Shown: positions 53,838-62,772 of the stretch, piece after piece
How positions within the stretch are numbered: the first letter of the stretch is position 1
Layout: each line of letters opens with the position of its first letter
NCBI GenBank assembly: GCA_963666515.2
Contig: OY762897.2
Coordinates: forward strand, 3,520,001 to 3,584,000
Source: Candidatus Binatia bacterium
GTDB taxonomy: Bacteria > Desulfobacterota > Binatia > UBA9968 > JAJDTQ01
Reading direction: 5' to 3'
DNA length: 64,000 bases
Made by a program: the position numbers and the translations under genes
The notes under the pieces: generated by a model
Database searches by the model: none
The model's input: only the letters and a program-made list of their open reading frames with translations
What the model was told of the DNA's origin: nothing

Positions 53838-55001
53838 CTACGTGACTAGCGCATCCGTCCAGAGCCTTTCGAGAAATCGTTCCCACGGCAGTATCCAGAT
53901 ACCCTCGCCGGTGCGCCGGGGGGCGTCTTCGTTGCAAACGACCACGGCTTGGGCCGGACGATGCTCGTCCATGTAGGCGCGCATGGCCCTGAGTTCCCCG
54001 GGACGGACGCGAGGGCTTCCCTTGACCTCGATGGCCACCTCGCCTGCGCGCCCGAGCACGAAGTCGCACTCCAGGCCCGACTTGGTGCGCCAGAAGCGCA
54101 CCGGGAAGTCGTACTCGCGGTAGGAGCGATAGGCGAGCAGCTCCATCAGGACCAGGTGCTCCAGGGCACGGCCGAAGTCGGCGCCGTGCCCGTGTTCGAT
54201 TCGGCGTCCGGTCACGTGGCCGGCTACACCCACGTCGAAGAGATAGAATTTCGGCGCGCGCGTGATGACCGCGCGCGAGCGACGCGGACTGAACGGCTCC
54301 ACGAAGACGCCCAGCAGCGTATCGACGAGTATCTGGAAATACTCGCGCACGGTCTTGGAATCGACGCCACAGTCCCTGGCGACGTTGCTGTAGTTCAGAA
54401 GCTCTCCGTGGCAGAAAGACAGGGCTTCGAAAAACCTCGAGAAGCCCGCGACGTTCCGTGTCAGCCCTTCGTCGAAAACCTCCTCTTTCAGATAGTCATC
54501 GACGTAGCCCGCGAGGGCACGCCGGTATCCAGCGGCATCGTAGTGCTGCGGCACCAGCCCTCGGTTGAGCGCCCTCAATAGATCGAACTCCGGCACTTCC
54601 GGCCACGTCAGCGGATGGAGCTCGAAACGCCAAGCGCGGCCGCCCAGCAGGTTGGCGCGGCCGCGCTTCAGCTTTCTGGCGCTGGAACCGCACAACACGA
54701 AGCTCAACCCTTCGTTCTCGATGAGTCGATGAACCTCGTCCAGAACGGCTGGCGCCTTCTGCACCTCGTCGACGATGATGGGGTTGGAGCGGGTCGCTTG
54801 ATCGAATGCCGCCACGCGTTCCGCGAACGCCCAGGGCGCCCGCGTGAGTTCCAGCATGAGCCGGGTGTCGAGCAGGTCGAACCGGGCAGCCTCGGGGAAA
54901 AGCGCGCGGAGCAAGGTGGACTTGCCGGTCTTGCGGGGTCCCCACAAGAAAGCGGACTGTCCCGGTGGCAGGTCCAGGCGGAGGGTCCGGTAGTAGTGCA
55001 T
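53838..55001 (-). CDS. Second AAA+ ATPase with DUF4143
   Basis: GPRKTGKST, VDEVQK, CGSSARKL, NLLGGRA, PKFYLFDVG, ECDFV..IEVK. Confidence 0.92.
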   Translation of the reverse strand: MHYYRTLRLDLPPGQSAFLWGPRKTGKSTLLRALFPEAARFDLLDTRLMLELTRAPWAFAERVAAFDQATRSNPIIVDEVQKAPAVLDEVHRLIENEGLSFVLCGSSARKLKRGRANLLGGRAWRFELHPLTWPEVPEFDLLRALNRGLVPQHYDAAGYRRALAGYVDDYLKEEVFDEGLTRNVAGFSRFFEALSFCHGELLNYSNVARDCGVDSKTVREYFQILVDTLLGVFVEPFSPRRSRAVITRAPKFYLFDVGVAGHVTGRRIEHGHGADFGRALEHLVLMELLAYRSYREYDFPVRFWRTKSGLECDFVLGRAGEVAIEVKGSPRVRPGELRAMRAYMDEHRPAQAVVVCNEDAPRRTGEGIWILPWERFLERLWTDALVT

Positions 55002-55012
55002 CGCTCGGATAC

Positions 55013-55052
55013 TACTCCGAAATAGTCGGACTATTTCGGAGTATACTCCGAA
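55013..55052. promoter_or_regulatory. Overlapping perfect palindromes upstream of the second AAA-DUF4143 gene
   Basis: TACTCCGAAATAGTC-G-GACTATTTCGGAGTA (55013-55043) and TTCGGAGTATACTCCGAA (55035-55052). Confidence 0.75.
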
Positions 55053-55149
55053 TCAGTAGATATTCCAAGCCCTTCTGAGCCAATGGAGTCCTTCGAATGG
55101 CGCCATCTTGCTCGGCAACCATTGATCAGAGGTTCATGTCGATGACGCG

Positions 55150-57600
55150 TCATCTCTCCGCCTGCCGCACCAGCGCCCTTATCCGGTCCGGGCTGAGGGG
55201 CAGCTCCTTGATCTGGATGCCCAGGGAGGAGAGGGCGTGGGAGACGGCGTTGGCCAGGGCGGCGCCGCAGGCGACGATGCCGCCTTCGCCGGCGCCCTTG
55301 ACGCCGAGGGGGTTGAGGGGGGAGGGGGAGTATTCGGTGATGATGCTCTCCACGGGCGGGATCTCCGTGGCGGAGGGGAGCGGGTAGTCCAGCAGGGTCG
55401 TGGTCAATAGCTGGCCGTCCTCGTTGTAGGCCAGCTCCTCCAGGAGCGTGCCGCCGATGCCCTGGGCGGCGGCGCCCAGGGCCTGGCCGTGCACCAGCAA
55501 CGGGTTGACGGCGCGGCCGACGTCCTCCAGCACGAGGTAGCGCAGGATTTCCACCATGCCGGTCTCCGGGTCCACGGCCACGTGCACGAGGTGGCCGCCG
55601 TAGGTGTAGGTGAGCAGGTTGTTGTGGAAGTACTCGGTGGCTTCGAGGCCGGGGGCGGCGTCGGCGGGGGCCTTGCCGGGCCTGGTCATTTCCAGGAGGT
55701 CTCCGAGGCACAGGAGCGGCCTGCCGGCGGCCGGGGAGTCAACCTCTGGATTCCGGCTTTCGCCGGAATGACGGGGGGCGGTCGGCGGTGGCTGGCCGCT
55801 GCCCGCAGGGTAGACCCCTCCGTCGCGGAACTCCAGGCCGGCGGGGTCGGTTTCCAGGCGCCGCGAGGCCACCTCCAGCAGGCGCTTCTTCAGCGCCTGG
55901 GCGGTCAGGTGCACGGCGTTGCCGGCCATGACGGTGCCGCGGCTGGAGTAGGTGCCGCCGCCCCAGGGCATGAGGTCGGTGTGGCCGTGGAAGACGGTGA
56001 TCCACTCCATGGGCACGCCCAGGGCGTCGGCGCATATCTGCGCCATGATGGTCTCGTGGCCCTGCCCCAGGGTGGCGATGCCCAGGTAGACGGCCACGCT
56101 CTCCGGGCCGGTGACGGCCACGCGGGCGCCCTCGGACGGGCCCAGGCCGGTGTTCTTCACGAACCAGCCGATGCCGATGCCGTGGTAGCGGCCCTCCCGC
56201 TTCTGCCCCTGGAGCGGCTCCAGCTCCTTCCAGCCGAAGCGTTCCAGCGCGTGCTCCAGCGCCCGCGGGTAGTCGCCGCTGTCGAACACGGTGGAAGCGA
56301 TGCCGGGCCGGGTGGGCCCCAGCTCGTAGGGTATCTCCTCGGGCTGGATGAGGTTCTTGCGGCGCAGGTCGATGGGGTCCATGCCCAGGTCTTCGGCCAC
56401 CATGTCGAGCATGCGCTCGCGGAAGTAGCAGGATTCGTAGCGGCCGGGCGCGCGGTAGGTGCCCACCCCCATCTTGTTGGTCATGACGCAGCGGATGTGG
56501 GCCTCGTAGGCCGGTATCCGGTACGGCCCCGGCAGCACGCCGGCGGTAGACGCCGGCACCAGGCCGCCGTGGGTGCGGATGTGCGCGCCCATGTCGCCGT
56601 GGATGTGGGCGCGCATGCCCAGCAGCGTGCCGTCCTTCCGCGCGGCGATCTCCAGCTCACAGCGTACCTCCCGCGAGTGGTTGGCGGCCATCAGGTGCTC
56701 GCGCCGGTCCTCGATCCACTTGACCGGCCGGCCGAGCTTCATGGCGGCGTAGGGGACCAGGTAGTCCTCCGGGTAGAACTCGCCGCGGATGCCGAAGCCG
56801 CCGCCCACGTCGGGCTCGATGAAGTGGATGCGGTGCTCCGGCATCTCCAGCAGCGACGACAGCACCGCGCGGTTGAAGTGCGCCACCTTGGTCATGCCCC
56901 ACACCGTCAACTCGTTCCGGCCGGCGTCCCAGGACGCCACCAGGCCGCGGGTTTCCATGGGGTTGCCGGTGTGGCGGTGCGTCCGCAGCACCTCCTTGCG
57001 GGTGTACTCGGCGTCGCGGAAGGCCCCGTCCACGTCGCCCAGCTTGATGTCGTGGCCGCCGGCCACGTTGGTGCCCTGCTCCTCGTGGATGATCACGTCG
57101 CCGCGCAACGCCGCCTCGACGTCCGGCACCACCGGCAGTGGCTCGTACTCCACCCCGATCAGGTCGGCGCCGTCCTCGGCCACGTAGCGGTCCACCGCGG
57201 CCACCAGCGCCACCGGCTCGCCCACGTAGGCGACCTTGCCCCGGGCCAGCGGGTACTGCAGGAAGCGGTCCAGCCCGTCCAACTGGTACATGCGGAGCGG
57301 GATCGGCTTGACCCCCGCGGGCAAATCCGCAAAGGTGAGCACGCCGACGACCCCCGCGAGCTTCAGGGCCTCCGACACGTCCACCGACTCGATGCGCGCA
57401 TGCGCGTGAGGGCTCCGCAGGACCGCCGCGTACAGCATTCCGGGCAGCTTCACGTCGTCGATGAACGTGGCCTTGCCGGTCAGGAAACGGACGTCCTCGG
57501 CGCGCCGGATCGGCGCCCCGATGTATGGAGCGCGTCCTTCGACTTCGCCTGTCCTGAGCTTGTCGAAGGGCTCAGGACGAACGGGTATGGTCTGCGTCAT
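55150..57600 (-). CDS. Xanthine dehydrogenase/CoxL-like molybdopterin-binding subunit with two palindromic insertions
   Basis: RAEDVRFLTG, RSPHAHA, DVGGGFG, YRAPGR, GQGHET, GVKGAGEGG; GGAG RBS before ATG 57600. Confidence 0.93.
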   Translation of the reverse strand: MTQTIPVRPEPFDKLRTGEVEGRAPYIGAPIRRAEDVRFLTGKATFIDDVKLPGMLYAAVLRSPHAHARIESVDVSEALKLAGVVGVLTFADLPAGVKPIPLRMYQLDGLDRFLQYPLARGKVAYVGEPVALVAAVDRYVAEDGADLIGVEYEPLPVVPDVEAALRGDVIIHEEQGTNVAGGHDIKLGDVDGAFRDAEYTRKEVLRTHRHTGNPMETRGLVASWDAGRNELTVWGMTKVAHFNRAVLSSLLEMPEHRIHFIEPDVGGGFGIRGEFYPEDYLVPYAAMKLGRPVKWIEDRREHLMAANHSREVRCELEIAARKDGTLLGMRAHIHGDMGAHIRTHGGLVPASTAGVLPGPYRIPAYEAHIRCVMTNKMGVGTYRAPGRYESCYFRERMLDMVAEDLGMDPIDLRRKNLIQPEEIPYELGPTRPGIASTVFDSGDYPRALEHALERFGWKELEPLQGQKREGRYHGIGIGWFVKNTGLGPSEGARVAVTGPESVAVYLGIATLGQGHETIMAQICADALGVPMEWITVFHGHTDLMPWGGGTYSSRGTVMAGNAVHLTAQALKKRLLEVASRRLETDPAGLEFRDGGVYPAGSGQPPPTAPRHSGESRNPEVDSPAAGRPLLCLGDLLEMTRPGKAPADAAPGLEATEYFHNNLLTYTYGGHLVHVAVDPETGMVEILRYLVLEDVGRAVNPLLVHGQALGAAAQGIGGTLLEELAYNEDGQLLTTTLLDYPLPSATEIPPVESIITEYSPSPLNPLGVKGAGEGGIVACGAALANAVSHALSSLGIQIKELPLSPDRIRALVRQAER
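55746..55774. repeat. REP-like repeat, family B, in-frame in the Mo-enzyme
   Basis: CTGGATTCCGGC-TTTC-GCCGGAATGACGG, read as RHSGESRNP. Confidence 0.8.
57536..57584. repeat. Composite REP-like repeat, family A, in-frame at the Mo-enzyme N-terminus
   Basis: CCTTCGAC...GTCGAAGG plus CTCAGGACGAACGG, read as PVRPEPFDKLRTGEVEG. Confidence 0.85.
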
Positions 57601-57744
57601 GTGGTGCTCCAAGGGTTGGCTCGGTGTCGCGTGCCTGTGGAAGGATAGTACACCAGGGAGACCATGATCAAATTGAAGTGGCGTGGCGCCGTTTCCCTTC
57701 AACTCGACCGCGCGGACATCGCGCGCGTGCGCAAGGAGAACTCG

Positions 57745-58224
57745 ATGACGAGAACCCTGAAGATCGTGGCCGCGCTGGGCCTGTGCCTGGTGTTGGGCGG
57801 CGTGGTGACGGCGGGCAAGGGGCGGGGGGCGGACGACGCGGTTTCACGGCACATGGTGGCCCAAGCCATGTTGACCGCCCATTTCATCGCCGCCGCGGTC
57901 AAGGCGGGCATGAGCACGGACGAGATCAACGCGGCGTTGAGCAGGGTGGCCGCGGGCTCGGCCATCTCGGAGTTCTGGATCAGCGACGAGAAGGGCCGCG
58001 TCGAGTTCACCAACGTCAAGGGCGCCAGCTTCGAGTTCCCCACGGACCCGGCGGCCAAGTCCCAGGCGGCGCCCTTCGCCGCGCTGCTGGACGGCAGCAA
58101 GACCGTGGTGGTTCAGGGGTTCCGGCCGCGTGAGCTGGACGCCAGACCGTTCAAGTACGTGGGGGTCGCCGGGGTCGACAAGCAGCGCATCGTCCAGGTG
58201 GGGGTAGCCGAAGCGGGGCGTTGA
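57745..58224 (+). CDS. Secreted hypothetical protein, possible stand-alone Cache/PAS-like sensor domain
   Basis: AAGGAG RBS, signal peptide, EFWISDEKGRVEFTN...KYVGVAG...IVQVG. Confidence 0.7.
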   Translation: MTRTLKIVAALGLCLVLGGVVTAGKGRGADDAVSRHMVAQAMLTAHFIAAAVKAGMSTDEINAALSRVAAGSAISEFWISDEKGRVEFTNVKGASFEFPTDPAAKSQAAPFAALLDGSKTVVVQGFRPRELDARPFKYVGVAGVDKQRIVQVGVAEAGR

Positions 58225-58450
58225 CGCGGACCTGCAGCCACCAGGAGGCCCTTCAACGCGAGGCATGGGGCCGGGGGCAGACGACCCGGTTTCTCAGCGC
58301 AGAGTCGCCTGCGCTCTCATTCGGTCTCCGTTGCGGGCGGCTTTTCACGTCCGTTGCCGTAGCGACAGCCTCCGCCCAGGGTTAGTGGTATTGGGGAAGG
58401 TTCTATTCGGTCTACGAGCGAGTCAAATTGCAGACAGAACAGAGTTGAAC

Positions 58451-58487
58451 GCAAAAAGGCCGCTCCGAACGGGAGCGGCCCTTTTGC
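58451..58487. terminator. Bidirectional rho-independent terminator
   Basis: AAAAA-GGCCGCTCC-GAACG-GGAGCGGCC-CTTTT between convergent genes. Confidence 0.85.
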
Positions 58488-58509
58488 TTCGGGGGAGGAT
58501 AATTGTCAC

Positions 58510-58824
58510 CTACTCGTTGCTCTCTTGGGATTTTTTGGCGATCTCAAGGAATTTGGTGACGGCCTCAGTAAGCGTTCTCATGTTGGCCGTCAACTGGGCA
58601 ACGTCGGCCTTCAGTTCGTCTTGTCCTCTCGCGAGCCGGGCAACGTTAGCCTCCAGTCGGGCAACATTGCCCTCCACCCCCTTCAGCCGAGCCGCTTGCA
58701 GCTTGACCTCGGTTACTTGCGCCTGAACGTAGAACACGGCCGTTCCGGTGAGGCCGATAACGGCTACCATGGCAATGACAACGCTGCTGAAGCTGGACCA
58801 TACCTCACGAATGCTGTCTGCCAT
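58510..58824 (-). CDS. Small membrane-anchored coiled-coil protein
   Basis: AAGGAG RBS, N-terminal TM, heptads (NVARLEA/NVARLAR), own terminator, lower GC. Confidence 0.7.
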   Translation of the reverse strand: MADSIREVWSSFSSVVIAMVAVIGLTGTAVFYVQAQVTEVKLQAARLKGVEGNVARLEANVARLARGQDELKADVAQLTANMRTLTEAVTKFLEIAKKSQESNE

Positions 58825-59052
58825 TTGAACTGCTCCTTTCCTTCTCGTATATCGGGCCGACCCTCTTTGTCAACAGACACCGGTCATTGCGCTCTCCGCG
58901 CCCTCTGCGGTCTCGGCGGTGACGACGATTGGTTACTGCCCCCCTCTATAGGTAAGTCGGCCGTGGTGGGTGAAACTTTAGGTTTGGGGATGGGGCGCTT
59001 GGGGAGGAGTCTGTCCGAACGCTGCTGGGATGGGGTAGAATCAGCATCGACG

Positions 59053-60462
59053 ATGCCGTTCCTCTTGCAACTCACCCGGCCGGAGACCCTGCTGGTGCTT
59101 CTGTGGGCGTCGCAGTTGGTTCGGATGGCGTGGCCGGTCGCTGCCGCGGACCTCGCGGGGGCGGCGATCGCGGCGGCGTTCATCCTGCGGGTGTTCGTGT
59201 TCCTGCGCCGGCCGACCATCGTCCTGTGCTGCACCCTCGCCGCCCTGGCCGTCCTCCTCATCTTCCTCTACGGCGAGCCCGCGGCCGTGCTGGTGGGGTT
59301 CAAGGCGGCGCCCATGTTCGCGGGCTTTTTCGGCAGCATCGTGCTTCTGCGCGCCACCGGCGAGCAGCTCCAGCAGACCGCCCAGGCGCGCGAGCTGTTC
59401 GCGCGTCTCAAGCCCGACCACCGGCTGGGCGGCTTCCTGGTGGGCAGCCACCTGCTGGCAGTGGTGCTGGGACCCGGCGCCTACGCCATCACCGCCCCCA
59501 TCATAGGCGCTGGCAACGATGACGACTCCTCGGCACTACGACGGCGCAGCAACACGGGCGCCGGTGCCGGACGCCTGGACAAGGACGAAGAGGAGAGCGA
59601 GGCGGAGCGGGAGCACTTGGCGGCCATGCGCGCGTGCCATCGGGGCGGCGGCCTCGCCGGCCTGTGGTCGCCGTTCTGGATCGCCATGGCGCTGTCGTCC
59701 CAGTACGTGCCGGGGGTGCCCCTGTGGCACACCATGGCGCTGGGCATGGCCATGGCCGCGTGCGCGTTGACGGCCTCCCACGTGCTCTTCGCCCCGGAAC
59801 CGGGCGTCACCCTGCTGTGGCGGGCGCTGCGGAGCCTCCAGCCCATCGTCCCGCCGGTGGCGGCGTGCGTCCTGACGGTGGCGGTTCTTTCGGGGGTGAC
59901 GGTGCTGTCGGGCCTGGAGGCGCTGATCGTGAGCGTGCCGGTCCTTTGCGCGCTGGCGCTGCTGGGAAAGGGCCGGCGCGCGCTCGCGACCGGCTTGGCC
60001 GACACCTACCGGGGCGCCGCCCACGTCGGCAACGAGATCGCGATCCTCACCATCTCGCTGGCCCTGGGCGGGGTGGTCCGGCACGTCTTCGCGCACACCG
60101 GGATCACCGACTGGATCGGCGGCCTCGACCTGCCTGCGGCGGCCGTCATCGCCATCATGATCGGCGCCACCTCCCTCGGCGCCCTGGCCGGGGTGCACCA
60201 GATCGTGTCCGTGTCGCTGCTGCTGACGGTGTTCTCGGAGCTGCCGGTGCGGGTGGCCGGCGTGGTGCTCATCGAGAGCACGCTGGCGGCCTGGTCGTGC
60301 TCGTCCATCATCGGCCTTTCCGCCATCATGGTCGGCACCGCCACCGCCATATTCCGCGTCCCCCCGGGAAAGGTCATCCTCGGACCCAACCTCCGGTTCG
60401 CCGCCCTGTTCGCCGCCGGCTCCATCCTGGTACTGGCGGGCGTCAACGCGCTGCTGGTATGA
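59053..60462 (+). CDS. Multi-pass membrane protein (putative transporter)
   Basis: Many hydrophobic segments; LWSPFWIAMA, GVHQIVSV; family not firmly assigned. Confidence 0.7.
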   Translation: MPFLLQLTRPETLLVLLWASQLVRMAWPVAAADLAGAAIAAAFILRVFVFLRRPTIVLCCTLAALAVLLIFLYGEPAAVLVGFKAAPMFAGFFGSIVLLRATGEQLQQTAQARELFARLKPDHRLGGFLVGSHLLAVVLGPGAYAITAPIIGAGNDDDSSALRRRSNTGAGAGRLDKDEEESEAEREHLAAMRACHRGGGLAGLWSPFWIAMALSSQYVPGVPLWHTMALGMAMAACALTASHVLFAPEPGVTLLWRALRSLQPIVPPVAACVLTVAVLSGVTVLSGLEALIVSVPVLCALALLGKGRRALATGLADTYRGAAHVGNEIAILTISLALGGVVRHVFAHTGITDWIGGLDLPAAAVIAIMIGATSLGALAGVHQIVSVSLLLTVFSELPVRVAGVVLIESTLAAWSCSSIIGLSAIMVGTATAIFRVPPGKVILGPNLRFAALFAAGSILVLAGVNALLV

Positions 60463-60485
60463 CAGAGGCGCCGGGTTCCGCCGTC

Positions 60486-62759
60486 TCAGAACTCCCGGCG
60501 CCAGCCGGCGAGGAAGGTCATCTCCGGGTGCGCGGCCCTGCGATGTCCGGGCCGGTGGCTGTAGACGGCGCCGAGGCGAAGCTCACCCTCCGCCAGCGGG
60601 CGGCGCCATTGTCCCGCGAAGTCCATCTGCCGGCCGCTGGGCGCCAGGTCCGCGGCGGCCGAGCCGTACCACACCGAGCCCGCCCTGGTGCGGCCGGCCG
60701 GGGCCGTGAACCAGGCCCGGCCGCTCTCGACGCGCAACGGCTGCGACACGGAAAAACGCAACCGCCCCGAACCGGCGAGGGCCGTGCCGGCGTGAAGCGC
60801 AAAGGCGCTGGTGGCGAGCGGGGACACCCGCGTCACGAGTCCGCCTCGGGCCGCCGGGGCGACGAACCCGAACTCCGCGTTGGCGCCGATGCGCCATCGG
60901 CCCAGATCCGTATGCGCGTCCAGGCCCAGGAACGCGGTATTTGCGGCCAGCCTGCCGAAAGCGCCTTCGCCGACGCTTCCGAGCAACGTCTCGCGCTCGC
61001 CGATCCATCCGGCCCGGACCCCCAGCGGCAGCCCCGCACGCCGCCAGCTCAGCGCCGCGCCGACCGCGGGCGCCTGCCCCGGAATCCCCTTCGTGGTGAA
61101 GGCCGCGGCGGACAGCCCGCCCGATCCGGCCAGGGTGGCCTTCACCGCGCCTTCGGCCAGGGCCAGGTGGCTGCCCCGCACCTCCACCGTCCTCTCCAGG
61201 CGGGCGATCCCGAGACTCCCGGGAGCCGTCTCGCCTCCGGCGGGCTCGGGCGCCAGAAAGCGGCGGAGGCGCGCCGATACCGGCGTTTCCGGGGCGGGGG
61301 CGGTGAAGTTTCCCAGGCGGTACCAGAACGGGGCTCCGAGAGCGTCCAGCGCCATGATCTCGCGTGCGGCGAGCGAACGCTGGAGAGCGTCCCCGAAGGC
61401 CGCTCCCGGCAGAAGCCGCGTCGACGCCAAACGGACGCCGTTTCGCCCCACACTGCCGCCCGACGCCAGACGGACGCCGTTTCGCCCCACGCTGCCGCCC
61501 GACGGCAGCGCCAGGACGCCCACCGGGGAGGTCGCGGCGCCCAGGTTCATCGAGCCTTGCCCGTAGACGGCCGCGTCGGCGTACGCGCCGCTCTTGTCCG
61601 CGGTCTTGAACAGCCGCGTCACCAGCTCGGTGCTGGACAACTGGTCGCGGAAGAGCTGCTTCATCAGCGCCAGCCCGCCCGCCACCATGGGCGCGGCAAC
61701 CGACGTCCCATCGACGCTGGCATAGCCCCGAACCGGGCCGAGGCCGTCCTCGTCGGGGCCGAAGTAGGCCGCCCGGACGTCTTTCCCGGGCGCCGCAATG
61801 CAATACTCCGCGGCAATGCCGCAACGGTTGGAAAAGGAGGCGATCCGCCCGTCGTCGGGGCTCAGGGCCACCACCGCGACGGAATGGCCCCGAAGCTCGG
61901 CGATGCGCGCCGCCAGACCCGGCAGCACCTCGACCGAGACCGCGTTGATGGCGCCGTCCTCGCAATGGTCGGTGGCCGATGGCTCGCAAGGGTCTCCGTG
62001 GGCGTTGCCGGCCGCCCACACGAGAAGGGTCTTTTCGCCGGCGCCGGCCTGCGCCATGGCGGCAATCGCGTTCGGCAGGCTGGCGCGAAGCTCCGTCTCG
62101 GTGTAGTCGTCGATGATGCCGTGGAAGCCGATGCTCAGGTTCAGGACGTCCACCCTCCGGTCGCCGTCCCGCCAGGCCAGGATGTGATCGAGCTGCTCCT
62201 TCCAATCGGCGTCGGCGGCGGCCAGCCGGGCGAGCGATACCGGGCGGTAGTCGTGGACGCCTGAACCCAACGGTATGCCGAACATGGCGATGTCCGCGGC
62301 CCACGCCACGCCTTGCATTTCGTCGGGCGGCGAAGACCGCGCGGCCGCGGCCACGCTCGCCACCGCGGTACCGTGCGAGAAGGTCTCGCCGGTCTCGTCG
62401 GACGCGCCCGACAGGAGTTCCTCGGTCACGGTCTTGCCGGCGAACGCGGGGTGTTCCAGGTCGATTCCGCTGTCGATGAAACCGATGGTCACACCGGAGC
62501 CGGGCTCGGCGTCGCTGCCTTTCAGCGCGGCGAGGTTGCCGTAGGCCGCGCCCGCTCCGACGTGGCGCAGTCCCCACTGCGTCGCGAAGTCGTCAGGTGG
62601 CCGTCCGCCGCCACCGCCTCCACCTCCGCGTCCGCCTCCACCCCCGCCACCGCCTCCGCAGCCGCCGAGCGTGAGCAGGACCGAGAGAAGGATGAAACAG
62701 GCAAGAGCCGGATGACGGGCCGCGGGTCCGGCTTGCCGCTCCCGTTCGGGATAGCGCAT
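60486..62759 (-). CDS. Lipoprotein S8 (subtilisin-like) serine peptidase with C-terminal beta-rich domain
   Basis: Lipobox-like LGGC plus poly-Gly linker; catalytic IDSG, HGTAVA, GTSVAAP; AAGN; C-terminal WRREF. Confidence 0.9.
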   Translation of the reverse strand: MRYPERERQAGPAARHPALACFILLSVLLTLGGCGGGGGGGGGRGGGGGGGGRPPDDFATQWGLRHVGAGAAYGNLAALKGSDAEPGSGVTIGFIDSGIDLEHPAFAGKTVTEELLSGASDETGETFSHGTAVASVAAAARSSPPDEMQGVAWAADIAMFGIPLGSGVHDYRPVSLARLAAADADWKEQLDHILAWRDGDRRVDVLNLSIGFHGIIDDYTETELRASLPNAIAAMAQAGAGEKTLLVWAAGNAHGDPCEPSATDHCEDGAINAVSVEVLPGLAARIAELRGHSVAVVALSPDDGRIASFSNRCGIAAEYCIAAPGKDVRAAYFGPDEDGLGPVRGYASVDGTSVAAPMVAGGLALMKQLFRDQLSSTELVTRLFKTADKSGAYADAAVYGQGSMNLGAATSPVGVLALPSGGSVGRNGVRLASGGSVGRNGVRLASTRLLPGAAFGDALQRSLAAREIMALDALGAPFWYRLGNFTAPAPETPVSARLRRFLAPEPAGGETAPGSLGIARLERTVEVRGSHLALAEGAVKATLAGSGGLSAAAFTTKGIPGQAPAVGAALSWRRAGLPLGVRAGWIGERETLLGSVGEGAFGRLAANTAFLGLDAHTDLGRWRIGANAEFGFVAPAARGGLVTRVSPLATSAFALHAGTALAGSGRLRFSVSQPLRVESGRAWFTAPAGRTRAGSVWYGSAAADLAPSGRQMDFAGQWRRPLAEGELRLGAVYSHRPGHRRAAHPEMTFLAGWRREF
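61422..61499. repeat. 39-bp in-frame tandem duplication in the S8 peptidase
   Basis: SGGSVGRNGVRLA x2. Confidence 0.9.
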
Positions 62760-62772
62760 GGCCGCCGTGCCC

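Noticed and set aside
55150-57600. True aerobic CO dehydrogenase (form I CoxL)
   Set aside because: Active-site loop reads TYRAPGR rather than AYxCSFR, and no coxM/coxS genes are adjacent.
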